A stretch of 25,812 nt of DNA, from NCBI GenBank assembly GCA_964591575.1, contig CAZQEG010000002.1, positions 1-25,812 of the forward strand, in the 5' to 3' direction. The notes below the pieces were generated by a model. That model had not been told where the DNA came from and did not search any database. It was given only the letters and a program-made list of their open reading frames with translations. Within the stretch, counting starts at the first letter, position 1, and each line of letters opens with the position of its first letter. A program made the translations under genes and the position numbers. The stretch is from an uncultured Thermoplasmata archaeon (lineage in GTDB: Archaea > Thermoplasmatota > Thermoplasmata > WALJ01). Of the stretch, positions 1-8,458 are shown one piece after another.

Positions 1-590
1 GGTTTCGGTTTCCATTCCTTCTGGACCTTGTTGACAATCTCCTCCGCATCCTCTTTTTTCATCCCTGTTTTTTCTATGAGCATACTCACGACCTCCTCCT
101 TTGTCTTGGTCTGAAGAGCACTCAGAACGAAGTCTATTATCCTCTGTGTCTCCTCTTTCTCGTCCTCGCCCTTTATTCCGAGTATGTCCTGGACCTTCAC
201 GGCGCCGACGACTATGGAGACGATAGCATCGTTGAACTCCTCCTTGCTCAGGCTTTTCAGGTCGAGGTCCGTTCGGAGAGCTATCTCGTCGTTCCTTCCG
301 GCCAGTGTCGCCTTGACCATATGGTTCTCGTCGTTCAGTATCAGGAGCTGCCTGTATATATCCAGTCTCTGGTCCTTGCTCATGGTGGCCGTCTCTATAT
401 CCGTGTAAAGAATCAGCTCGGCAAAACTGTCTATGAACTCCACGCCTATGGCAAAGGGAAGCTCGTCCAGCTTTGCGAATATCACATTTCCATCCTCGTT
501 CTCCTGAACTATCCATTTTTTGTCTATCAACATATCGCTTTTGCCGCTCTCCTTGAACCATTTCAGTATCTCTTTTTTGCTGGCCTTCAT
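1..590 (-). CDS. Hypothetical protein, 3' end truncated by the window edge; possible YbjN/CesT-like (T3SS-chaperone-like) fold followed by a helical C-terminal part
   Basis: Not in the ORF track. Manual translation is open from ATG at 590 (alternative in-frame ATGs at 614 and 617) to the window edge: MKASKKEILKWFKESGKSDMLIDKKWIVQENEDGNVIFAKLDELPFAIGVEFIDSFAELILYTDIETATMSKDQRLDIYRQLLILNDENHMVKATLAGRNDEIALRTDLDLKSLSKEEFNDAIVSIVVGAVKVQDILG... Codon usage matches neighbouring genes. The fold call is a weak inference from the 'YRQLLILN...IALRTDL...EEF' pattern. Confidence 0.8.
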   Translation of the reverse strand, partial: MKASKKEILKWFKESGKSDMLIDKKWIVQENEDGNVIFAKLDELPFAIGVEFIDSFAELILYTDIETATMSKDQRLDIYRQLLILNDENHMVKATLAGRNDEIALRTDLDLKSLSKEEFNDAIVSIVVGAVKVQDILGIKGEDEKEETQRIIDFVLSALQTKTKEEVVSMLIEKTGMKKEDAEEIVNKVQKEWKPK

Positions 591-651
591 GTTATCTGCC
601 CGCAATACATCCATCATTATTTATGACTATTTACTTCCTAAAAATGCCATT

Positions 652-1308
652 TTAAACCTTCTCCCCCATAAGCACCAGACTTTTCCCCGTCTTGAGCTCC
701 GTCGCTTCTTCCGGGCTCAGGGCCTCTTTCTTTGCTTTTTTATCCAATACGGCACTGTTTCCGAAGGGGTCTTCGATTATGAAGGTGAATCTCTTTTTTC
801 CTTCTCTCGCTTTATCAAGCTCTTCGAGCCTGTTCTTCACCTCTTCCTTTTTGTCATATTCCAGCCCTTCCAGGACCCCTTTCACCCGGGCAAGCACACC
901 CTCTATGTTGGAGATGAAAGACTCCGATGCAGGCCCGGGCTCTATGCTCACCCCCAGCTCAGGTATCCTGATAGTTCCGGAGGTGGAGCGCACCACCCTC
1001 GCATTGATGTCTTCGGGTTTTTCCACACGCATAACATATCTGACAGCTTCATTCTGGGATGTTATCATGACATCCGAGGTCTTGAAGGAGCACTTCGGGC
1101 ATATCAAGGTGGTTTCAACGGCTTCTCCGAGAAAAGGGAGGTCGAGCACCGAGACTATCTCTTTCATCCCCTCATTCCCGCAGGAAGGGCATTTCATCTC
1201 CAAGAAAGCTTCGCTCGTACTGCGGATTACGCTGCTCTCTTTTATGGATTCTCTCTTCTGTTCCATGAAACGGCATCCGAAAGGAGATATATAGTCATTG
1301 CCGCTCAT
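652..1308 (-). CDS. ZPR1-type zinc finger protein (archaeal single-domain)
   Basis: CPSCG...CPKCS Cys pairs, plus 'VVRSTSGTIRIPELGVSIEPGPASESFISNIEGVL' and 'FTFIIEDPFGNSA', typical of ZPR1. TATA-like ATATAAAT about 20-25 nt upstream. The start could alternatively be 1266. Confidence 0.92.
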   Translation of the reverse strand: MSGNDYISPFGCRFMEQKRESIKESSVIRSTSEAFLEMKCPSCGNEGMKEIVSVLDLPFLGEAVETTLICPKCSFKTSDVMITSQNEAVRYVMRVEKPEDINARVVRSTSGTIRIPELGVSIEPGPASESFISNIEGVLARVKGVLEGLEYDKKEEVKNRLEELDKAREGKKRFTFIIEDPFGNSAVLDKKAKKEALSPEEATELKTGKSLVLMGEKV

Positions 1309-1376
1309 CCCCGCGCTCCTACGAATTTATATGTTTCCAATAAAAAGCAATAAATACCACACATCGATGAAACGGC

Positions 1377-2771
1377 ATGCCTTCGAAAGAACTCAAAAAA
1401 GAACTGGGAATCAAGGAGGTCGTTGCGACGGTGATGACATCCGTCATAGGCGGGGGACTTTTCCTCACCGCCGTTCAGATACAGAATCAGGTCTATGTGG
1501 GTTCTAATGTTATATTTTCATATCTTGTCGCTGCGGTACCTGCCTTCTTCGTTGCGCTCTCCTATGCCGTGCTTTCCTCCGCAATACCTTCTTCAGGCGG
1601 AGACTATGTGTACATATCGAGGATACTCGACCCTACCGTCGGTTTTCTTACGACATGGGTCAGATGGTTCGGGATGGTGGCGGGAATTGCCGCAATCTCG
1701 ATAGGGGACCTGGCACTCATCGGGAATATGTTCAATGCGGTCGGCTGGACCTCCGCCACGGCTTTTGTGATGCAGTACCAGATACCGATAGCGATATCCA
1801 TCATCCTGATATTCCTCGGGATAAACTACCTCGGCGTTAAGATATACGGGTGGGTGCAGGACATAATGCTGCTCGTCCTGCTTTCCGGCATAATCCTTTA
1901 CATCATCGTCGGTCTCCCGCATGTGAGCATGCAGAACCTCACCTCTTCGGCTCACGGAGGATTCGGAGACATAGTGAAGGCATCCTCCATCGTATTTTTC
2001 AGCTACATAGGGTTCGCAGCCATAGCGGATGCGGGTGGGGAGGTTAAGGATGCGAAGAAGAACCTTCCGAGAGGCATCGTTATTTCCATGCTTGCCATAT
2101 CTCTTCTGTATGTTCTGGTTGCGATAGTTACATACGGAAGCGAGCCTCTTGGAACCGTGGTTAAGGCCGGAAATGTGCCGGCTGTTGCAATGCTCTTCCT
2201 TCCTTCTTTCATAGCTCTCTATATTTCTTTCACGGCATTCATAGCTCTGGTATCCGACATAAACCCGTCAATTCTCGCCACATCAAGGCTTTCATTCGCA
2301 TGGGCAAAGGATTCGGTGGTTCCGAAGAAACTGGAAGAGCTCAGCAGGTTTCACACTCCGAAATGGACTCTTGCGATGAACGGTGCCATCGCAATCTTCA
2401 TAGTTCTGGCGTTCAAGGAGTTCATACAGGCCATAGATGTGACCACAATAGCCATACTCATAACATACGCAATGGTCTCTCTGACGACCTTTGTGATGCC
2501 GTATAAGAGGCCGGACCTCTGGAAAAAGGCACAGGTGAAATATCGGGGCACATGGCTGATAAGCATAGCTGGTTTCGTTACCACCTTTCTTCTTCTGGGA
2601 TATCTTATCCAGACCTCCCTTATGCAGTTCATAGTGGTCGTCCTGTGGATTGGAGTGGGCGCCGCCGTCTATCATCTGACGAGAGAGAATCACCAGCTGG
2701 ACTGGAGGATTATCAGGGAAAAGACAAAAGGACTGAAAGAGCTGGAAGAGGATCTCCTGAGGAAGAAGTGA
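1377..2771 (+). CDS. APC-superfamily amino acid/polyamine permease
   Basis: 464 aa with about 12 hydrophobic segments. 'SVIGGGLF' TM1 motif, 'PSSGGDYVYISRILDP', 'FFSYIGF', 'EVKDAKKNLPRGI', 'SRLSFAWAKDSVVPK'. Confidence 0.9.
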   Translation: MPSKELKKELGIKEVVATVMTSVIGGGLFLTAVQIQNQVYVGSNVIFSYLVAAVPAFFVALSYAVLSSAIPSSGGDYVYISRILDPTVGFLTTWVRWFGMVAGIAAISIGDLALIGNMFNAVGWTSATAFVMQYQIPIAISIILIFLGINYLGVKIYGWVQDIMLLVLLSGIILYIIVGLPHVSMQNLTSSAHGGFGDIVKASSIVFFSYIGFAAIADAGGEVKDAKKNLPRGIVISMLAISLLYVLVAIVTYGSEPLGTVVKAGNVPAVAMLFLPSFIALYISFTAFIALVSDINPSILATSRLSFAWAKDSVVPKKLEELSRFHTPKWTLAMNGAIAIFIVLAFKEFIQAIDVTTIAILITYAMVSLTTFVMPYKRPDLWKKAQVKYRGTWLISIAGFVTTFLLLGYLIQTSLMQFIVVVLWIGVGAAVYHLTRENHQLDWRIIREKTKGLKELEEDLLRKK

Positions 2772-2772
2772 C

Positions 2773-3741
2773 CTATACGCCGTATTCGGTGAGGATATAC
2801 ACGGCATAGAGTGCTATCATCAGGGCGCCGCCCCATCTCGGAATCTTCTTGTGGAAAAAAAAGGACAGCAGAACAGCAAATGCAAGGATCATGAAGAGCG
2901 ATGCGCTCCACATCCCTTCGCCTATCCCTATGGGGGATATGAGGGCTGCCGTTCCCAGAACCACCAGAGCGTTGAAATTGTTGGACCCTATTATCGTCCC
3001 GAGAGATATGGAATCCTCGGATTTCAGAGCGGCAACCACACAGGTCGCAAGTTCCGGCAGCGATGTCCCGAAAGCCACCACGGAGAGCGCTATTATGCCC
3101 GGGCTTATTCCGAACATGTCCGCAAGGCCGACGGCAGAATAGATGAGAGCTTCGGAGCCTATCAGGACACCGGCGAATCCTAGGATTACCTTTATCCAGC
3201 TGATAAGCGGCCTCTCTTTTTTAACTCCGAGGTTCTCTATCTCCTGAATAGCTTCGGACTCAAGTTCCGCTTTCAACCTTCTCTCTTTTCCGGCGGTCCT
3301 GAGCAGAGATACCGCATAAAGTCCGTAGATAACGAGGAATGCCAGCCCGACCACAGCGGTGAAGCCCCCAAGTATCACGAACACGAGTATCAGGAAGCTG
3401 ACGGCACCCAGTATCATCATCTGCCGGTCCGCAAGAGGGTCTTCCATCTTTATGGGTTTGAGAACGGCCGCTACTCCTAGAACAAGCAGGATATTCGCTA
3501 TATTCGAGCCCAGGACATTTCCGAGGGCTATACCCTCCTGTCCCTGTGCAGACGAGAGCGAGCTCACAAAAAGCTCCGGAAGCGATGTTCCGAGAGAGAC
3601 GATGAGCAGAGAGATTACAAGCAGGGATATTCCGTAGGAAAGAGCAAGGTTCGAAGAGCCTGTGACAAGCGAATCCGCTCCTTTTGCAAGCATGATGATA
3701 CCGGCGAACAGCACGGCCAGAAGTATCAGGAGTTCTATCAT
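2773..3741 (-). CDS. Calcium/sodium antiporter (CaCA family, YrbG-like)
   Basis: Two alpha-repeats: 'GTSLPEL...GNVLGSNIAN' and 'GTSLPEL...GTIIGSNNFN'. About 10 TM segments. Confidence 0.93.
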   Translation of the reverse strand: MIELLILLAVLFAGIIMLAKGADSLVTGSSNLALSYGISLLVISLLIVSLGTSLPELFVSSLSSAQGQEGIALGNVLGSNIANILLVLGVAAVLKPIKMEDPLADRQMMILGAVSFLILVFVILGGFTAVVGLAFLVIYGLYAVSLLRTAGKERRLKAELESEAIQEIENLGVKKERPLISWIKVILGFAGVLIGSEALIYSAVGLADMFGISPGIIALSVVAFGTSLPELATCVVAALKSEDSISLGTIIGSNNFNALVVLGTAALISPIGIGEGMWSASLFMILAFAVLLSFFFHKKIPRWGGALMIALYAVYILTEYGV

Positions 3742-4232
3742 TCTCCACTCTCTTCGGCATCTTTCTCTTTTTTTGGTCTTCCGATGCTTATGACTGTTGT
3801 GTCAGCTATTCTGTCCATGAACCTCTGTCTCGGGTCTCCCGTGGTGGCCATGCCTACGAGTGTATCCACGAGGAGAATCAGGCCATGCACCTTTGAAAGA
3901 TTGCGCAGCAGCGTATCCGAAAGCTGCAGAGGCCCTTTAAGGGACTGCACTTTCAGTCCGAGCATCATCTTTCCGAGGGTCGCACCGTAAAGATATTCCA
4001 TGACTGCGGAGTAAAGAACCCAGAACACCGCTAGTATCGCATTTAGGCCGGCGGAGAGCACACCCACGCCCGCACCCAGCAAAAATCCGGTTATGGATGC
4101 GGTGACCAGCACAATGGCCCAGTCTATGAGAACAGCTATTGTCCTTCTTATCCAGTGCTCTCTGAGAGGTCTGTTGTGCTCCAGCATATCGAGTGCCGTC
4201 AGTTTCTGCACCCCTATCTCATCTTCTGACAT
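3738..4232 (-). CDS. RDD family membrane protein (164 aa)
   Basis: Real start is ATG 4232; the track's longer 359-aa ORF is an antisense extension into tldD. Motifs 'RRTIAVLID', 'GATLGKMMLGLKV', 'LLRN', 'QRFMDRIADTTV'. TTTTATAT box about 25 nt upstream. The stop overlaps the antiporter start (ATGA). Confidence 0.9.
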   Translation of the reverse strand: MSEDEIGVQKLTALDMLEHNRPLREHWIRRTIAVLIDWAIVLVTASITGFLLGAGVGVLSAGLNAILAVFWVLYSAVMEYLYGATLGKMMLGLKVQSLKGPLQLSDTLLRNLSKVHGLILLVDTLVGMATTGDPRQRFMDRIADTTVISIGRPKKEKDAEESGE

Positions 4233-4358
4233 AAAATAGCGTATGGATGTGGGATATAAAAGGATGGCGGCGGAGCACTCTTTCTGATGTGTATGCGGCT
4301 GCTCAAATTTTCTCGAAAGTCCTAAATACTTGCATCTATGTGCAGGTGTAGTGATAGC

Positions 4359-5765
4359 ATGAAAGAAATTGTCGAAAAGGCCATGGAATATGGCGGGAAA
4401 AAGGCAGATTATCTCGAAATAAGGGCGGAAAGGAGCACATACAGCCTGAATTTCATGAAGAACGGGACTCTTTCGGCATCCACCGAAGGAGAGGATTCCG
4501 GAATTGCGATAAGAGCCATTGTCGGCGGAGGCATGGGCGTTTCCTATACGAATCGAATCGAGTGGGACAGGGTGAAGAGCGCTCTGGACCATGCCGTTGA
4601 GCAGGCAAAAAAAGTATCCGAAGTATCGGATGTGAGGCTTTCCGAAGAAAAGGTATACAGGGACTTCTGGACCGTAGAGCAGAAAAGAAAGATAGCGGAT
4701 GTGGATAATTCCGAGAAGGTCGGAAACCTGAAGGAGATAGACGATGCTCTCGTTGCGAGCAAGATACCGGTTGTTGCAAGAATACAGATGCTCAGGGACA
4801 CCCTCAAGGAGAAGCATATAATGACATCCGAGGGAACAGATATCTCTTCCTTACTTCCCACCATCGAGTATATGTACTTCATGGCGGTGGCAGGGCAGAA
4901 CGGGAGCGAAGAGGCATACAGCCAGCTTGGATGGACAGGCGGGTACGACAGATGGGACGAATGGGACCCGAAGGGAACCGTTACAAGGATGGCAGGCATT
5001 CTGGATAATACCATCAATCACGGAAAGACTCTGAAGAACGGTAAGATGGACCTCATAGTTGGTCCAGAAGTCACTGGCATAGCTTCGCACGAATCCTGCG
5101 GACATCCTAGCGAGGCGGACAGGATACTCGGAAGAGAGGCATATCTCGCCGGTGAGTCCTTCATAAAACCGGATATGATAGGGCAGAGGATAGGAAGTGA
5201 TGTGGTGAATGTCGTGGATGACCCCACTGTGCCCAACAGCTTCGGTTATTACAAATACGACGACGAAGGAGTGCCTGCGAGAAGAAGATATCTTTACAAA
5301 AAAGGCATAATAAACGAATTCCTCCAGAATCGGGAAACCGCCGCGATTACCGGCACGCACAGTAATGGCGCCGCAAGGGCCAGCGGATGGGACAGAGAGC
5401 CGATAGTTCGCATGAGCACAACATTTGTAGAGCCGGGAGATTACGGAAAGGATGAGCTTTTCGAGGATGTGAAGTACGGGATATATATGAAGTCCTTTAC
5501 GGAGTGGAACATAGATGATGTGAGGTTCAACCAGAAATACACGGGCAGAGAGGCATATCTGATTGAAAATGGCGAGGTAAAGGGACCGATAAGAAGGCCG
5601 ATAATCGAGCTGACCACGAAGACATTCTGGAGTTCTGTCGATGCGGTGGGAAAAGAGCTTGAGTTCGTCGGTGCGACATGCGGAAAGAGCGATCCTGAGC
5701 AGGGGGTCGATGTCTGGACAGGCGGCCCGCACATGAGGCTGCGCGATGTTTACATGAGGTGGTAA
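4359..5765 (+). CDS. tldD: TldD metalloprotease subunit
   Basis: HExxGH motif 'HESCGHPSEAD', 'DDEGVP', 'NGAARA...PIVRMSTT', and the C-terminal Cys ligand 'CGK'. GTGAT RBS 3 nt before ATG 4359. Confidence 0.93.
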   Translation: MKEIVEKAMEYGGKKADYLEIRAERSTYSLNFMKNGTLSASTEGEDSGIAIRAIVGGGMGVSYTNRIEWDRVKSALDHAVEQAKKVSEVSDVRLSEEKVYRDFWTVEQKRKIADVDNSEKVGNLKEIDDALVASKIPVVARIQMLRDTLKEKHIMTSEGTDISSLLPTIEYMYFMAVAGQNGSEEAYSQLGWTGGYDRWDEWDPKGTVTRMAGILDNTINHGKTLKNGKMDLIVGPEVTGIASHESCGHPSEADRILGREAYLAGESFIKPDMIGQRIGSDVVNVVDDPTVPNSFGYYKYDDEGVPARRRYLYKKGIINEFLQNRETAAITGTHSNGAARASGWDREPIVRMSTTFVEPGDYGKDELFEDVKYGIYMKSFTEWNIDDVRFNQKYTGREAYLIENGEVKGPIRRPIIELTTKTFWSSVDAVGKELEFVGATCGKSDPEQGVDVWTGGPHMRLRDVYMRW

Positions 5766-5766
5766 A

Positions 5767-7083
5767 ATGTATGCGGAAAAAGCCGTGAAAACGGCACTGG
5801 AACTTGGGGCGGATGAGGTATCCGCAAAGAAGGTCACGAAGGATGACATACAGATAAGGTTCTCCAACAACAGGGTCGATATAAGCAACAGGTGGCTTTC
5901 CGAGTCACTTGCCGTTTTCCTTGCGGTCGACGGGAGGACCACAGGGGTTGAGATAAAAAGAGATGAAGAGATGAAGAGCACTCTGGAAAAGGCCGTGAAG
6001 TTCGCCAGAACGCTGCCAAAAAACCCGGACTTCAGGGGCTTATATGACAGAGCTTCACCGCCCTCGAAGCCGGAGGGAGGAATCACGGATGTCGACCTGT
6101 CCGAGTATGCGAAGCTGGCGATAGACGCCGCTCTCGACAGAGGGGCAAAAAGAGTTACCGGAGAGATATATCTGGCAAAGCACCATGTTGCCGTCGCAAC
6201 GAATTACAACGAGCTTGAGGAGGAGCGCTCTTACCTTCTGAGCACCGTGAGGGCCTTTAACGATGAAGGAAGTCCTGGAGAAGCAAGCACTCATGTCGGA
6301 GATATGCAGGCTCTGAACAGGTTCGGTCCGGCATTCACCGGAGATAAAGCAGGGATGCTGGCAAACATGAACAGAAATGTCAAAGAGGGAGAAGAGGGAA
6401 GATTCACCGTCCTTTTTGACCCGCTGTGCTTCGGTTCCGTTGTAACCAGTGTCGGAAGAAATCTCTCCGCATTTTCGGTAGATTCCGGTAGGAGTTTCTT
6501 TGGGGATAAACTTGGAAAAGAGGTGGCATCCCCGATTTTGACAGTATATGACGATCCTCTTCTACCCGGAGGAGGGGCCGCAGGGTTTGATGACGAAGCC
6601 GCACCTACACAGAGAACCACAGCCATAGAGAACGGGGTTCTGAAAAGCTATCTGCACAGCACATCCACAGCGAAGAAGTATGAGACCTCAACCACGGGAA
6701 ATGCGAGGGACAGGGGAAAGATGAGCGCCATCCTTCCCAGATACTGGCAGATGGGTGTGAAGGCCGGGAAAAGAAGCATGCAGGAGATGATGGCGGATAT
6801 AAAGGACGGCCTTTACATAGCGAACACATGGTACACAAGGTTTCAGGACAGCAGGAAGGGCGACTTCTCGACGATTCCGCGCGATGGGATATTCGCGATA
6901 AAAGACGGAAAGATTGCCGGTGCGTGGAAAGGCATCCGAATAAGTGAGAACATGCTGAACATCCTCGGAAATGTGGAAGAACTGAGCTCGGAGAGCATTC
7001 CGGCGGATTGGTGGGGTGAGGCCTCCCGGACCTTCGTGCCCTATGCCGTCGTGAAGGATGTGAGGATAACAACGGCCAGATAA
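5767..7083 (+). CDS. pmbA: PmbA/TldE partner subunit
   Basis: Follows tldD by 1 nt. Contains 'FDDEAAPT', 'IENGVLKSYLHS', 'STTGNA', 'GDFST', 'IRISENMLNIL', and lacks HExxH as expected for PmbA. Confidence 0.88.
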   Translation: MYAEKAVKTALELGADEVSAKKVTKDDIQIRFSNNRVDISNRWLSESLAVFLAVDGRTTGVEIKRDEEMKSTLEKAVKFARTLPKNPDFRGLYDRASPPSKPEGGITDVDLSEYAKLAIDAALDRGAKRVTGEIYLAKHHVAVATNYNELEEERSYLLSTVRAFNDEGSPGEASTHVGDMQALNRFGPAFTGDKAGMLANMNRNVKEGEEGRFTVLFDPLCFGSVVTSVGRNLSAFSVDSGRSFFGDKLGKEVASPILTVYDDPLLPGGGAAGFDDEAAPTQRTTAIENGVLKSYLHSTSTAKKYETSTTGNARDRGKMSAILPRYWQMGVKAGKRSMQEMMADIKDGLYIANTWYTRFQDSRKGDFSTIPRDGIFAIKDGKIAGAWKGIRISENMLNILGNVEELSSESIPADWWGEASRTFVPYAVVKDVRITTAR

Positions 7084-7093
7084 AGCTTTCATT

Positions 7094-8332
7094 TCATATT
7101 ATTCTGAGTGACCATGCATAAATCGCTCCGAGTGTAAAGAGAGTTGCGAGCGGGAGTGCCAGCTTTCGATAGACCTTTCCCATGTCCGCTTTGAAGTAAT
7201 CGGATGAGAATATAAGACAGAGATGCATGGGTGAGAATAGAACACCGATGAATCCGGAGAGGTATGCCAGAGCGAGCATGCTTGGGTCCACGACACCGGC
7301 AGGCATGAGCATGGGAAGCAGTATCGGGAAGGATATCCCCACGAAGGCAACCGTAAGCCCGGACATCATTCCAACAATCATCGGAAGAAGTATGACAGCC
7401 AGAACCGGCCATATCCCTCTCTCCTCCATAAAGGTGGGGAGCGCTCCCACGGCACCCGTGAACTGGAGGCATCCCTCGAATATCATTATTGAGAGGATTA
7501 TTAAGAATATATTCGCATTCAGCGACTCCTCCAGCGCCGTAAAGAAGCCTTTTGCATTCATTTTTTTCTTTATGCCGTACAACAATATTATGGCAATATC
7601 CGTTATCACAAGCCCATATACGAGGTCGATGTTGAGCCCTATGGAAATCAGGATGACCAGCCATACAGGCCACAGGACAATTAAGAATTCCCTCATTGCG
7701 GACGGGTCTTTCTTTCCCTTTTCATGTATCTTTATCGGTCTTATCCCGTACCAGTACCCCACGCATATGGATATTATGGTCAGTGGGAACATTATGGAGA
7801 CTATGCTCTGAGCGCTCATCCGCAGTGACACGGCGGTGAGTATGACACCCTGATAGAAAGGCCATGAGAATTCCCAAACATGACGGAACCAGTAGTTTGT
7901 GAATGTCCTCTCTTCGGCACTCGTTTCAAGTTCATCCGCCACCCTATCGACCATCTGTGCGGACACGAGGGCACCGGCAGGCATCGGCAGCAGCCCTATT
8001 ATGGCAGGTATGGCACCGTAGGATACCCTTGCATCGGAAAAGGCCCTTTTCAGAGATTCCGATATCTTTTCGAGCGTTCCGGCCGCTTTCATGAGCCTGC
8101 TCATGAATATGACAAGAAATACAAGGGCGAGAAGCCTCAGGGAATCCGGCTCCCCCATGGATATAAAGGCATTCTCCATGGAAAGCGAGGGAGAAATTCC
8201 GTATGCGGCATATATCAGTACAGCACCGAGGGTTATCGATAATGCGAGATTGACCTTTAATTTTATGGAAATCAGTATTATCGTGAAGCTCAGGAGGAGC
8301 ACCGCCGTACCAATGTCGGCTTGCATGCGCAT
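7094..8332 (-). CDS. DUF401-family (ion-transporter superfamily) membrane protein
   Basis: 412 aa, polytopic. 'PAIIGLLPMPAGALVSA', 'NYWFRHVWEFSWPFY', 'GVLFSPMHLCL..S.DYF' are typical of DUF401. The start may be 8326. Confidence 0.8.
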   Translation of the reverse strand: MRMQADIGTAVLLLSFTIILISIKLKVNLALSITLGAVLIYAAYGISPSLSMENAFISMGEPDSLRLLALVFLVIFMSRLMKAAGTLEKISESLKRAFSDARVSYGAIPAIIGLLPMPAGALVSAQMVDRVADELETSAEERTFTNYWFRHVWEFSWPFYQGVILTAVSLRMSAQSIVSIMFPLTIISICVGYWYGIRPIKIHEKGKKDPSAMREFLIVLWPVWLVILISIGLNIDLVYGLVITDIAIILLYGIKKKMNAKGFFTALEESLNANIFLIILSIMIFEGCLQFTGAVGALPTFMEERGIWPVLAVILLPMIVGMMSGLTVAFVGISFPILLPMLMPAGVVDPSMLALAYLSGFIGVLFSPMHLCLIFSSDYFKADMGKVYRKLALPLATLFTLGAIYAWSLRII

Positions 8333-8458
8333 GCAGAGAAAGCGGTTATTAAAGTTTCTTCCCGAAATTTCCCGATATCCGAGAGATTCCCACCTGTGAA
8401 ACTCGCTTAAACTGTTATCTTCCGCATGTCCTTCCTTCGCCCATTGACTTTTTGCTCT

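Noticed and set aside
520-1353. 277-aa and 200-aa + strand ORFs over ZPR1
   Set aside because: Antisense shadows of a well-supported gene, with no motifs and atypical composition.
4233-4817. N-terminal extension of the RDD ORF (359 aa in the track)
   Set aside because: It overlaps tldD antisense and crosses the divergent promoter. The RDD homology and TATA position point to ATG 4232.
4851-6086. 411-aa minus-strand ORF across tldD/pmbA
   Set aside because: Antisense shadow caused by codon bias, with no recognisable domain.
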